Below the pieces are notes generated by a model. It had not been told where the DNA came from. It worked only from the letters and a program-made list of their open reading frames with translations, and did not search any database. Positions 45,301 through 54,350 of a stretch of 64,000 nucleotides of DNA are shown here, piece by piece; position 1 is the stretch's first letter; each line of letters begins with the position of its first letter. The stretch lies in the IMG/VR virus record IMGVR_UViG_3300025151_000026; one strand, 5' to 3'. The stretch is from an uncultured virus (IMG/VR IMGVR_UViG_3300025151_000026). Its lineage: Duplodnaviria; Heunggongvirae; Uroviricota; Caudoviricetes. Made by a program: the position numbers and the translations under genes.

Positions 45301-47562
45301 CTACGGGTTTAGTTCTCGGTTTAACCACTTTTGTTCCAGAACTTGTTGCACACCATCGGCATCAGTCCATGTGGCATACCAATAGAAGTCATACATAGTT
45401 AGGTTGTCGTGCGTGAAGTTAGTTAGAGTCAGATATCTAACATCGTCCTCATATCCTTGAATGTAATGCACGGTTTGAGTCCAAATCAAAGGTTGTGCAC
45501 TGGAGTTGCTGGAGTTTACATCATAAACTAAGAATTGCACGGTAACGTTGTAACCATCAAGATCGTTGGTTTCTTCACCACAATCTAAATCGTAGGCTAC
45601 GGAAGCATGAGTGCTGTTAGTTCCCATTTGAATGTCAAATAGATTTATCTCACAGGTTTCGGGTTCTGGCTCTACAACATCAATACCCCACATCATGATT
45701 TGTTCTAATTGGCTATCATCTTCTACGTTGTAAGCAGTAACTCTTGGAATCCAACTATTACCTACAGCCACACCATCAAAGGTATGACTAAAATCTTCGG
45801 CCTCAGAACCATCTATGGAAAAGTAAGTAGAATAGTTAGCCTCGTAGCCATTTTGGAAGAGTTCTACATCTATTTCTAAGCCTTCACAGCCTGAAGTCGG
45901 CACGACACGGAAGGCTACTAAGATAGCATCTTGTTCGGCATCGTCGGCTACATGACCACGATAATGGTTAATGATTTCTGCATCGCACGGTTCATCTGAA
46001 TAAGATACAGTTATCCAATCAGTTTCTTCTTCGGCTACAATGCCTTGTTCGGCTTGAATAAGAGTTACCTTGGCCCTCCAAACTGCATTACCAACTTCTT
46101 CAAAGGTATGGGAGTAATAATTGCTGGTGGCACTGATACCTTGTTGATGAGTTATAGAATCAATACCTGTATCTTCAGGCAATAACTCTATTTGAACGTC
46201 CCAACTATCACAATCGGTGTCTTCTACTTGAGCGATGTAAAAGATTACGGTAACTGCAGACTCATCTACATTTATTTGTAAGTTATCAACATCAGCGTCA
46301 CAAGGAACGGTATCAGGAATCTCGTCTACAGTAACAAAGTTAGTTATCTCACAACAATTTTCTTCTTCACCTGTAATCCACCAACGGAACTCTACCTTCC
46401 AATCACCATCTTCTACGTCACCCATTAGTTCGTTATCATCTTGATTGATGTTGAAATAAGTCATACCCATGTCCTGAACATAATAATTATTGTTCGCAAT
46501 AAAGTAATCTTGATACTGATCGTTTTTGTAAAGTGCTAATTGCATTTGAATAGGGGCACCACAATCATTGTTATCTTGGAACTCAGCATATAGATTTAAG
46601 TCATTTCCATTGGCAGATAATTGTAATTCAGTAATAACGATATCATCGTCACATTCTGCAGGTTCACCCTCCATAGTTAGCAAAGTAGATGGACCTTCCC
46701 AGAAGTTGGGACCTTTATGATAAGAAATACTAACCCGATATTCTCCAGCAGGAACATCATAGATATGGTGGTCTACATAATACTCATCGTGGAACTTATC
46801 GTTAATTTGATGCATATCATAGTTTTCACCTGTTTCCTCATTGTCTACACTAATAATAAAATATCCGTCCATATGAGCGTTACAACGACTCCAATCGTTG
46901 AAATCAGTTAGAACCTTAATATCATTGTTGTAACCTTGGCCGTTGGCATCAAAATCGTTAATATCTACCATGTCCCAATTCCAATTTTCCATACAATCGG
47001 GCGGTCCACCGCCTCCGCCTCCGCCATTACTCCAGAAACAAGAACCGTCATCATCAGTAGCCTCGGGATTATAATTTTCAGCGTCCGGGGCTGTGCAACC
47101 CCAGATTTCGTAGTAATCACCGTCCCAACCATCGTCGTTACCACCATCTTCCAAGAAATAATCTAATCCTACGCCACCAGTGGCTAACAAGAGAATAGGG
47201 GCTATAATTAAAGCAATCTTACGAATCTTTTCAGCCTTTCGCTCTACGGAAGCAATCGCCCGATCGACGATATCACCTTCTAAAGTAGTTTCTACGGCAA
47301 CTTCGGTCTTGTTGTTGCCTCCATTCAATACTGTATTATCAGAAACCTGTTTATTTATATTTTGCACAGTAGCAATCAACTCTGCGGCTTCTTTTAATTG
47401 TTCTACCAACGAAGCGTCTTTCTTTTCTTCATTAGATAGATTAACAATGCCGTCATCTAAGAGGTCTTCTAAAACGGCTTCTTTAGTCCTGCCAGTGGCC
47501 TCGGCAATAATTTTCGCTTTTTCTTCTAATTCTGCTTGTTCATCAATTTCTTCTTTACTCAA
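45301..47562 (-). CDS. large acidic membrane-anchored protein with repeated beta-sandwich-like domains
   Basis: TM IALIIAPILLLA, GCTAPDAENYNPEATDDDGSC motif, Cys-flanked repeats. Confidence 0.75.
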   Translation of the reverse strand: MSKEEIDEQAELEEKAKIIAEATGRTKEAVLEDLLDDGIVNLSNEEKKDASLVEQLKEAAELIATVQNINKQVSDNTVLNGGNNKTEVAVETTLEGDIVDRAIASVERKAEKIRKIALIIAPILLLATGGVGLDYFLEDGGNDDGWDGDYYEIWGCTAPDAENYNPEATDDDGSCFWSNGGGGGGGPPDCMENWNWDMVDINDFDANGQGYNNDIKVLTDFNDWSRCNAHMDGYFIISVDNEETGENYDMHQINDKFHDEYYVDHHIYDVPAGEYRVSISYHKGPNFWEGPSTLLTMEGEPAECDDDIVITELQLSANGNDLNLYAEFQDNNDCGAPIQMQLALYKNDQYQDYFIANNNYYVQDMGMTYFNINQDDNELMGDVEDGDWKVEFRWWITGEEENCCEITNFVTVDEIPDTVPCDADVDNLQINVDESAVTVIFYIAQVEDTDCDSWDVQIELLPEDTGIDSITHQQGISATSNYYSHTFEEVGNAVWRAKVTLIQAEQGIVAEEETDWITVSYSDEPCDAEIINHYRGHVADDAEQDAILVAFRVVPTSGCEGLEIDVELFQNGYEANYSTYFSIDGSEAEDFSHTFDGVAVGNSWIPRVTAYNVEDDSQLEQIMMWGIDVVEPEPETCEINLFDIQMGTNSTHASVAYDLDCGEETNDLDGYNVTVQFLVYDVNSSNSSAQPLIWTQTVHYIQGYEDDVRYLTLTNFTHDNLTMYDFYWYATWTDADGVQQVLEQKWLNRELNP

Positions 47563-48317
47563 GTTACCAGCCTCCCAGTAAACTCAATTTTATCCTGCTC
47601 ATAGTCAGCATAATTCATACAAATTACAATGTCCCATGTGCCACGAGGTAAATCTAAAACACTGAGATTAACAATCTCGGTTTCATCGTGGTCAATCACA
47701 TAATCTACCTTGGCTTGATTCCAAATATCTACTTGGTCACGAGAACCACTTTCGTAAACAACTATTTTTATTTCTACTACTCTTTGTCCACAACCAAATA
47801 CTTCGTCAGGATCTATGGTAACAAATATATTTTCTCCATTGTCTCCGGTTTGGTTAAGGGTCGGGTTAGATTCATCAAACTCCTCAGAGTCGGTTTCATA
47901 AATTAAGAAATAACAACCGTCCCACAACGCTGGATTCTCTAATAATTCAGATTCACACGTTCCATCGTCCCAAACGGCACGACTATCATAATTATCTGCC
48001 CATTCATACATACAACCGCCACGGCCTAAATCGTCCATAACATCTTCACCAATATCGTGAATATCAGCAATACCTAATGCATCTACACCAGCACCGCCAC
48101 CTAAAACTATTAACAGGGGCACCATACTGGCCATAAGTTTACGAAAACGGTCTACTTTATCTTGGGCTTGTTCTAATAAATCACCTTTTTGGTTAGACTC
48201 ATTAAGAACTCCGTCATCAAGCAAATCAGCCATGACATCCTCTTCAGTTCTACCTGAAGCCTCTGCTAACACTTTAGCCTTCTCAGCCATGTCTGCAATA
48301 TCACCATCTGCTGGCAT
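47559..48317 (-). CDS. shorter paralogue of the 753-aa membrane protein
   Basis: Shared EKAKxxAEAxGRTxExVxxDLLDDGxxNxSN and GCxxxxAxNY motifs. Confidence 0.75.
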   Translation of the reverse strand: MPADGDIADMAEKAKVLAEASGRTEEDVMADLLDDGVLNESNQKGDLLEQAQDKVDRFRKLMASMVPLLIVLGGGAGVDALGIADIHDIGEDVMDDLGRGGCMYEWADNYDSRAVWDDGTCESELLENPALWDGCYFLIYETDSEEFDESNPTLNQTGDNGENIFVTIDPDEVFGCGQRVVEIKIVVYESGSRDQVDIWNQAKVDYVIDHDETEIVNLSVLDLPRGTWDIVICMNYADYEQDKIEFTGRLVT

Positions 48318-48389
48318 GGTTTATATTTAACCTTTACGACTATATGTAATTTACTAAAGTTCAAATAGTAGAGCGCATAAAATAAAAAT

Positions 48390-48857
48390 ATGCTGACTGA
48401 TGTGGTAGGCACTGTATTCTTGATTACAGGATATGCCATCTTACCTACAGATTTATCACGCATGGCTTTATATAGTGTCATGATTGGTAGTATATTGGGA
48501 ATACTAATGAGTGCAAGACGTGGAAGTAACCGAGTGGATATTATCTTAGAAGAAAACAACCTACGGCGAGTAAAAGCCAAGGATTTACAGAAAACTAAAA
48601 TGAAGATTCGTGATATTACTAAATATGGAGATATTTTAGGTTTTGATTTGGTTTCTGGTGCCGACCAAGGTCACACTTACAAGTGGGTTGATCGGTATGG
48701 TGGTCCTACTGTCTTAACTTCTACCCATGACCCTCAGAAAAAGGCATGGTTAATTTACAAAGATTTAGCCGAAAAAGGAAAATACGGTCTCAGTCGTGGT
48801 GACTTGTATCAAATCGTGCATTGGCAGAAGCGTATTAAGAAGAAATATACCGAATGA
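48390..48857 (+). CDS. membrane-anchored hypothetical protein
   Basis: Hydrophobic N-terminus. Confidence 0.6.
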   Translation: MLTDVVGTVFLITGYAILPTDLSRMALYSVMIGSILGILMSARRGSNRVDIILEENNLRRVKAKDLQKTKMKIRDITKYGDILGFDLVSGADQGHTYKWVDRYGGPTVLTSTHDPQKKAWLIYKDLAEKGKYGLSRGDLYQIVHWQKRIKKKYTE

Positions 48858-48886
48858 ATAAATAGGTAGTCGCAACCAGTTAGGTC

Positions 48887-51800
48887 ATGGTAGCAAAGCG
48901 TATCTCTTTAGAAGAATACAGTAATCGTTTGACTACCGAGTGTAATCGGGTTTATGATATCGTCAAAACCGCTAAAAGCCGGGGTCATGACCCCAAATTA
49001 GATATTGAGATTCCACAGGCTATTGACTTGAGCGAGCGAACTCAAAAGTTGTTGAAGTTCTTACATGACCGCAACACTGCTGCCCAGATTAGAGAATTGA
49101 CTAAGGTGCACGATGAAAACCGTGAGTTAGTGGCTCTGGATATTGCTCGTATCGTGTGTGCTGAATCATATTTGTATGGTATTAAAAATACTTGTCCTAC
49201 TTGTAATGGTAAAGGCACTATTCCTCGGGGTCGTGGGTTTGAGATTTCTTGCGATGATTGCGGTGGTAGTGGATATAACTTAGGCTACCAACAAGAAGTA
49301 TTCCAAGATTATAAACTTACTTTACAGGCATATGAAAAACATTTGGCTAATCAAACCGAGCAACAGCGTGATGATGTGGCTGCTGCTATGTGTATTTATC
49401 AGGGTATCTGTGCAGGTTTGGCTGTGCTAACTGAGGGTATTCTGGTAGCCCCACTGGAAGGTGTGGTGTCTTGTCGTATTGTTTCTAACGCTGATGGAAC
49501 TAAATGTCTGGGTGTAAACTTTGCTGGTCCAATCAGGTCTGCTGGTGGAACAGGTCAGGCTCTCAGTGTATTGATTGCTGATATGCTACGCCGTGATTTC
49601 AAGTTAGGAGTTCCTCAACTTACTTTTGGAGAAGTAGAACGATATAAAGAAGAAGTAATGTTGTATCGTGGTCTACAGTATCGTCCCAGTAATCCAGAAT
49701 TAGAAATTATTGCTAAATCCTGTCCTATATTTATTGATGGAGAAGGTGTTGGAAAAGAAGTTACTGGACAACGTGATCTGCCCCGAGTAAGAGATAATAA
49801 AGTTAGAGAGGGTTGTTTATTAGTTATGTGTGAGGGTCTGGTGCTGAAAGCCCCTAAGATTCTAAAATATGTTACCCAATTAGAATTAGATGGTTGGGAT
49901 TGGTTAAACCAGTTCTTGAAAACCAAGAGTAGCGATGGAACTATCAAGGCTAATCCTAAATATATGGCTGAAGTGTTGGCTGGTCGGCCTATTTTCTCTA
50001 TGCCTATGGCTGAGGGAGGCTTCCGATTACGATATGGTCGCAGCCGTTTAGCAGGATTGGCTACTACTGCTTGTCACCCCGCTACCATGATGGCTACCAG
50101 TGGTTTCGTGTCTATCGGCACTCAACTGAAGTATGAACGTCCGGGGAAGGGAACTGTGGTTACACCTTGCGATTCTATTGATGGACCCTATATTGAGTTT
50201 GAGGACGGTAGTGGTAAGCGTGTGCAGAACTATGAAGATTTAGAATTAATTTTACCTAATGAAGTCGGGTATCCTATTAAAACTGTTTGGGATATTGGAG
50301 AGTTGTTAGTTCCCGTAGGCGAGTTTTTAGAAAACAATCACCCTTTGCTACCTTCTCCTTATGTAGAAGAATGGCATGAAGCCGAACTGAAAAACCGGGG
50401 TATGGCTCTACCAAATACATTTATGGAAGCCGTGGAACAATGTAAGATTTACCAAGTGCCATTAGATCCACGCTGGGTGCCCAGAGGATTAACCGATGTC
50501 TCAGCCCAAGAAATGTGGGATTTTATGAATAATTGTAGTGTGAGTCTGTGCGGTCAAAAGGTAGAAGTGAAATCTAACTATCGTCAAATCGCTTATCGTT
50601 TAGGCATAGATATAACTGCTGAAGGCGAACTGTATGGTGATATGGCTAACATCGTGCTCAATAATTTATTAAAAATCGGTCTGAGAATCAATTTAGAAGG
50701 AACTGCCTTAGATTTCCTTAATCTCATAGCAGATTACGAAATCCGGCCTCGGACAACTTATAGAATCGGTGCTCGCATGGGTAAACCAGAGGCCAGTAAA
50801 ATGCGAGATATGAAGCCCAGTAAAGCCCACGGATTATTTCCTATTGGTGATTTGGGTGGTGTGCAGAAACTAATCAATAACGCTATTGAGAAAGAAGGCA
50901 AAGTAGGTGTTTCCAAGCGTTTCTGTGGGGTCTGTGAGTCTGAAACCCATCTGGCTGTCTGTTGTGGCGTAGAAACCCGTTTCCACGAGAAAACATGGAA
51001 GGAAATGCCTCTTAAGAAGATGTGGGACGAAGGCTTAGAACGATGTGAAATCACTACTCCTCCTAAAGTGAAAGGTGTCAAGAATGTGCGTAATAACGAA
51101 GCCTTGATTGAACCTATTGAAAAGGCTATTTTGAGAGCAAAACATGATGTGTCTGTGTTCCGTGACGGAACTATTCGTTTTGATATGGTAGATATCACTA
51201 TGACTCATTTTAGACCTTCTGAGGTCGGAATGAGTCTGGAACAGGCTCATGATTTAGGCTATCTGGTAGAATCAGTAGACGAAGTGGTAGAAATCTTCCC
51301 ACAAGATGTAGTGATTCCTGAAAACTGTGTGGACGATATCGTCCGAGTATGTCAGTTTACTGATGACGAACTTAAATATATTTATGAGTTGGAACCATAT
51401 TATAATGTTACTGAAGGCAAGGATCTGATTGGTCAATTGATTATGGGTATTGCCCCACACACTTCTGGTGCTATTTTGGGTCGTATCATTGGATTTACCA
51501 GTGTCAAAGGTCATTATGGTCACCCATTCTATCATGCTGCTAAGCGTCGTAACTGTGATGGTGATATTGATGCTATCATTATGCTGACTGAAGGTGTGCT
51601 TAACTTTAGTCGTCAGTTCTTGCCTCGTAGTCGTGGTGGTCAAATGGACGCACCATTGATTTTGACTATGGGTATTAACCCTAACGAAATTGATAAAGAA
51701 GCCTTGAACGTAGAAACTTGTGATAGTTATCCTGTCGGTTTTTATGAAACTACACAAGGTCATAAAGATGGTGATGATTGGCGACCTGCTACCCCTAAAG

Positions 51801-52384
51801 AAGCAACTGCATGGGTAGAAATCGTAGAAGCCCGTTTAGGAACTGATGGTGAATCTGAAGGGTTTGGATTTACTCATGATACTACTAATTGTAATCATGG
51901 CCCTGCTTGGAATCCTTACAATGATAAAGACCATGTATTGAGTATGCGACAGAAAACTATGGCTCAATTCGCTTTAGGTGAAGTGCTTCATGCCGTAGAC
52001 AATCAACGACAGAGTGCTAAACTGATTGATACTCACTTAATTCGTGATATGAGAGGTAATCTGAGGGCTTTCGGTCAGCAAAAGGTAAGATGCACTAAAT
52101 GTGGGGCTTCTTATCGTCGTGTGCCTATCAGTGGTAAATGTATGACAATTACTGGCAAGAAAGAAGATCCGTTTACAGGTGAAATGGTAGAAATACAATG
52201 TCCGGGGAAACCTATCATGACTGTTCATTATGGTTCTGTCAATAAATATAACGAACTAATGAGAGATATCATTGATAGATATGGGTGCGATGAGTATATC
52301 ACCCAACTGTATCAACACGTCAGTATGTGGGTAGACCAAACTTTTGATGATAAGAGTGTCGGGAAACAACAATCTTTGTTCTAA
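48887..52384 (+). CDS. polC: DNA polymerase D large subunit (DP2)
   Basis: LAVLTEGILVAPLEG, AGPIRSAGGT, GGFRLRYGR, ERPGKG, GEFLENNHPL, IGARMGKPE, HAAKRRNCDGD, GNLRAF..Q..RCTKC. Confidence 0.96.
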   Translation: MVAKRISLEEYSNRLTTECNRVYDIVKTAKSRGHDPKLDIEIPQAIDLSERTQKLLKFLHDRNTAAQIRELTKVHDENRELVALDIARIVCAESYLYGIKNTCPTCNGKGTIPRGRGFEISCDDCGGSGYNLGYQQEVFQDYKLTLQAYEKHLANQTEQQRDDVAAAMCIYQGICAGLAVLTEGILVAPLEGVVSCRIVSNADGTKCLGVNFAGPIRSAGGTGQALSVLIADMLRRDFKLGVPQLTFGEVERYKEEVMLYRGLQYRPSNPELEIIAKSCPIFIDGEGVGKEVTGQRDLPRVRDNKVREGCLLVMCEGLVLKAPKILKYVTQLELDGWDWLNQFLKTKSSDGTIKANPKYMAEVLAGRPIFSMPMAEGGFRLRYGRSRLAGLATTACHPATMMATSGFVSIGTQLKYERPGKGTVVTPCDSIDGPYIEFEDGSGKRVQNYEDLELILPNEVGYPIKTVWDIGELLVPVGEFLENNHPLLPSPYVEEWHEAELKNRGMALPNTFMEAVEQCKIYQVPLDPRWVPRGLTDVSAQEMWDFMNNCSVSLCGQKVEVKSNYRQIAYRLGIDITAEGELYGDMANIVLNNLLKIGLRINLEGTALDFLNLIADYEIRPRTTYRIGARMGKPEASKMRDMKPSKAHGLFPIGDLGGVQKLINNAIEKEGKVGVSKRFCGVCESETHLAVCCGVETRFHEKTWKEMPLKKMWDEGLERCEITTPPKVKGVKNVRNNEALIEPIEKAILRAKHDVSVFRDGTIRFDMVDITMTHFRPSEVGMSLEQAHDLGYLVESVDEVVEIFPQDVVIPENCVDDIVRVCQFTDDELKYIYELEPYYNVTEGKDLIGQLIMGIAPHTSGAILGRIIGFTSVKGHYGHPFYHAAKRRNCDGDIDAIIMLTEGVLNFSRQFLPRSRGGQMDAPLILTMGINPNEIDKEALNVETCDSYPVGFYETTQGHKDGDDWRPATPKEATAWVEIVEARLGTDGESEGFGFTHDTTNCNHGPAWNPYNDKDHVLSMRQKTMAQFALGEVLHAVDNQRQSAKLIDTHLIRDMRGNLRAFGQQKVRCTKCGASYRRVPISGKCMTITGKKEDPFTGEMVEIQCPGKPIMTVHYGSVNKYNELMRDIIDRYGCDEYITQLYQHVSMWVDQTFDDKSVGKQQSLF

Positions 52385-52584
52385 CCATACATTCGGTTGT
52401 TAGCATCATCTTCAGGCTTGGGTATTTCCGCTTCTTTGAGCCTCATCTCAATGTAAGTCTTCATTACTTGCTTGATATCTTTAATATCTGATGACATAAT
52501 ATCTAACTGCTCAGTGAGTTCATCTAATTTACGATCTACTTGAGCGACAGTAGCCCGTTTCTTTTTGGGTTCCTCAGATGACAC
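52381..52584 (-). CDS. small coiled-coil protein
   Basis: 67 aa, heptad pattern. Confidence 0.55.
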   Translation of the reverse strand: MSSEEPKKKRATVAQVDRKLDELTEQLDIMSSDIKDIKQVMKTYIEMRLKEAEIPKPEDDANNRMYG

Positions 52585-52655
52585 ATAACCTATGTAGGGT
52601 GCCTGCTATATGAAACTTCCTAAACTTCATATAGTTGAGGCGATAAATATAATGT

Positions 52656-53396
52656 ATGCTCTCTCGCAAAGAATTGCATAGACTACGAGGTCCTGCACAA
52701 ATGCGAGAGGACGAAATAGAGAAAATGATTGAATATATTAGAAGTTTTGGCGTATTGTCGGGCCAACCTCGTGACATTTTTGTTCAACCTTTGAGTCCGT
52801 TCCGAGATTTTGTATATTTAAACGAAACTCGTCGTGCAGATGTATCAGAAATGCCTGATTATGTGAAACATGATGGTCCAATTCAAGATTGGTATAATTG
52901 GTATGTGGGTGATTCAGGTCCAGAAATAAAAACCGCAGGTCCTAATCCTCCTAATCACAATCCTAATTTAGAAGATGTCATACTGGCTGTTGGTGTGCAT
53001 TATCCGGCTACACCCTCTACGGAGTTTTATACTGCAGATGGAAGATATAGATTTGGTATCTCTGATAAATATACGAATAAAGAGTTTGCGAAACAATTAC
53101 TCACTTTAGCCAACACTCCCCGATCAGAACTCAAACAAACCGATACGGAGTGGAAATATACTGACCCGAATCGTTATTACTTAAAAACCCGAACTGTTAG
53201 AGAGGGCGGAAAGGATTATGAAATCGGAGAGGGTATGTGGTTTGAAAAATCTAATGGTTCAATAAATGAACCTGCAGTATTCATGGAAAGTATTGATGCG
53301 GCTTACGATACCAATGGACATATATTTTTTATTATTGGAAACCCGAGGATTCCTCGTCAATCGTTTAGTTCTATCAACTACAAGGTGATTCGTTGA
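52656..53396 (+). CDS. hypothetical protein, C-terminal SINY tag
   Basis: 246-aa ORF. Confidence 0.65.
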   Translation: MLSRKELHRLRGPAQMREDEIEKMIEYIRSFGVLSGQPRDIFVQPLSPFRDFVYLNETRRADVSEMPDYVKHDGPIQDWYNWYVGDSGPEIKTAGPNPPNHNPNLEDVILAVGVHYPATPSTEFYTADGRYRFGISDKYTNKEFAKQLLTLANTPRSELKQTDTEWKYTDPNRYYLKTRTVREGGKDYEIGEGMWFEKSNGSINEPAVFMESIDAAYDTNGHIFFIIGNPRIPRQSFSSINYKVIR

Positions 53397-53797
53397 GTAA
53401 AGTTAAAACCAAAAACCAACATTTAGTAGCCTCATATGGAGAAGCCCAGATCGATAATTGGTTATGGGAAAATAACTGGAAATGTGTTTATGAACCACAA
53501 ATAGTTATAGATGACGAAGAGTTCTTACCAGATTGGGTGCTGTGGCCCCAACAAGGTATAGATAAACCTGTAATCATAGAGTTCTGGGGTTTATGTCGTC
53601 AAGATGGCAATATTGCGGCATGGGTATTGAAAAAGCGAGATAGATATTTGTATCGCAAAGAAATAAAAGAATTAGCGTATGAGTCATGTCCTCATTATTA
53701 CTATATTGGAGTTTACCCACATCAATTAGATAACTTAGATGCGGTGTTATCGGAAGAGTTACAGCAAATAATAAATAGTAAAACGAGGGAAGAATAA
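53393..53797 (+). CDS. PD-(D/E)XK-like nuclease domain protein
   Basis: SxGExxIxNWL, YEP, PDW, IEFWG. Confidence 0.65.
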   Translation: MSKVKTKNQHLVASYGEAQIDNWLWENNWKCVYEPQIVIDDEEFLPDWVLWPQQGIDKPVIIEFWGLCRQDGNIAAWVLKKRDRYLYRKEIKELAYESCPHYYYIGVYPHQLDNLDAVLSEELQQIINSKTREE

Positions 53798-53799
53798 CT

Positions 53800-54144
53800 A
53801 TGGTAGAGCGTCAAGATGTCTTGGAAGCCTTAGTGGTAGGCTTTGGTGGTCTCACCTTGGGTAGTTTAGCGATGCTAATTCCTACTGATAAAAAAGATAA
53901 ATATTTAGTTCCTTTCGTGGGCTTGTTCTTAACAGGTTTCACTTTCCATCTACTCTTTCAACAGATTCATGAAAGAATCTTTGGCGCAGCCTTGGTAGGT
54001 GGATACGATCGATATATCGGTGGATTCGGTGATATTAGCACAGGTGGAACATCAGAGTTCAATCAACTGTATATCAACGAGGAATTACCAGAAGCACTGT
54101 TAGTGCCTGCTCGTGGCTTGGGATTAGATTTCTCAGACCAATGA
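53800..54144 (+). CDS. small two-TM membrane protein
   Basis: Two hydrophobic helices; ATG 30 nt after ATAAATAG. Confidence 0.65.
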   Translation: MVERQDVLEALVVGFGGLTLGSLAMLIPTDKKDKYLVPFVGLFLTGFTFHLLFQQIHERIFGAALVGGYDRYIGGFGDISTGGTSEFNQLYINEELPEALLVPARGLGLDFSDQ

Positions 54145-54312
54145 TTCAGGCTGTGGCTCAGGTAGTTCAATACCTGCCTCATCAAAAGCACTAAAGATTT
54201 CGTGGAGCATCTTGGCTCCCTCAGAACCCTTAGCAGTAAGAGAGTTTTCCAAAACTTGTCTAATAACAGTCCAGTATTCTTGAGGTAATTCAACAATGGT
54301 GTTTGTGTCCAT
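54133..54312 (-). CDS. small hypothetical protein downstream of the fibre gene
   Basis: 59 aa translated by hand; own ATAAGTAGGTAGT promoter. Confidence 0.55.
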   Translation of the reverse strand: MDTNTIVELPQEYWTVIRQVLENSLTAKGSEGAKMLHEIFSAFDEAGIELPEPQPESLV

Positions 54313-54350
54313 ACCCTAAATGATGGTGACTACCTACTTATATCTATTCA

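Noticed and set aside
51530..51570. Intein in DP2 at the usual KRRN/CDGD site
   Set aside because: The motif is contiguous; no insertion.
53767..53780. IINS near the C-terminus of ORF 53393-53797 as an IN tag
   Set aside because: It is the in-frame reading of the ATAAATAG promoter of the next gene.
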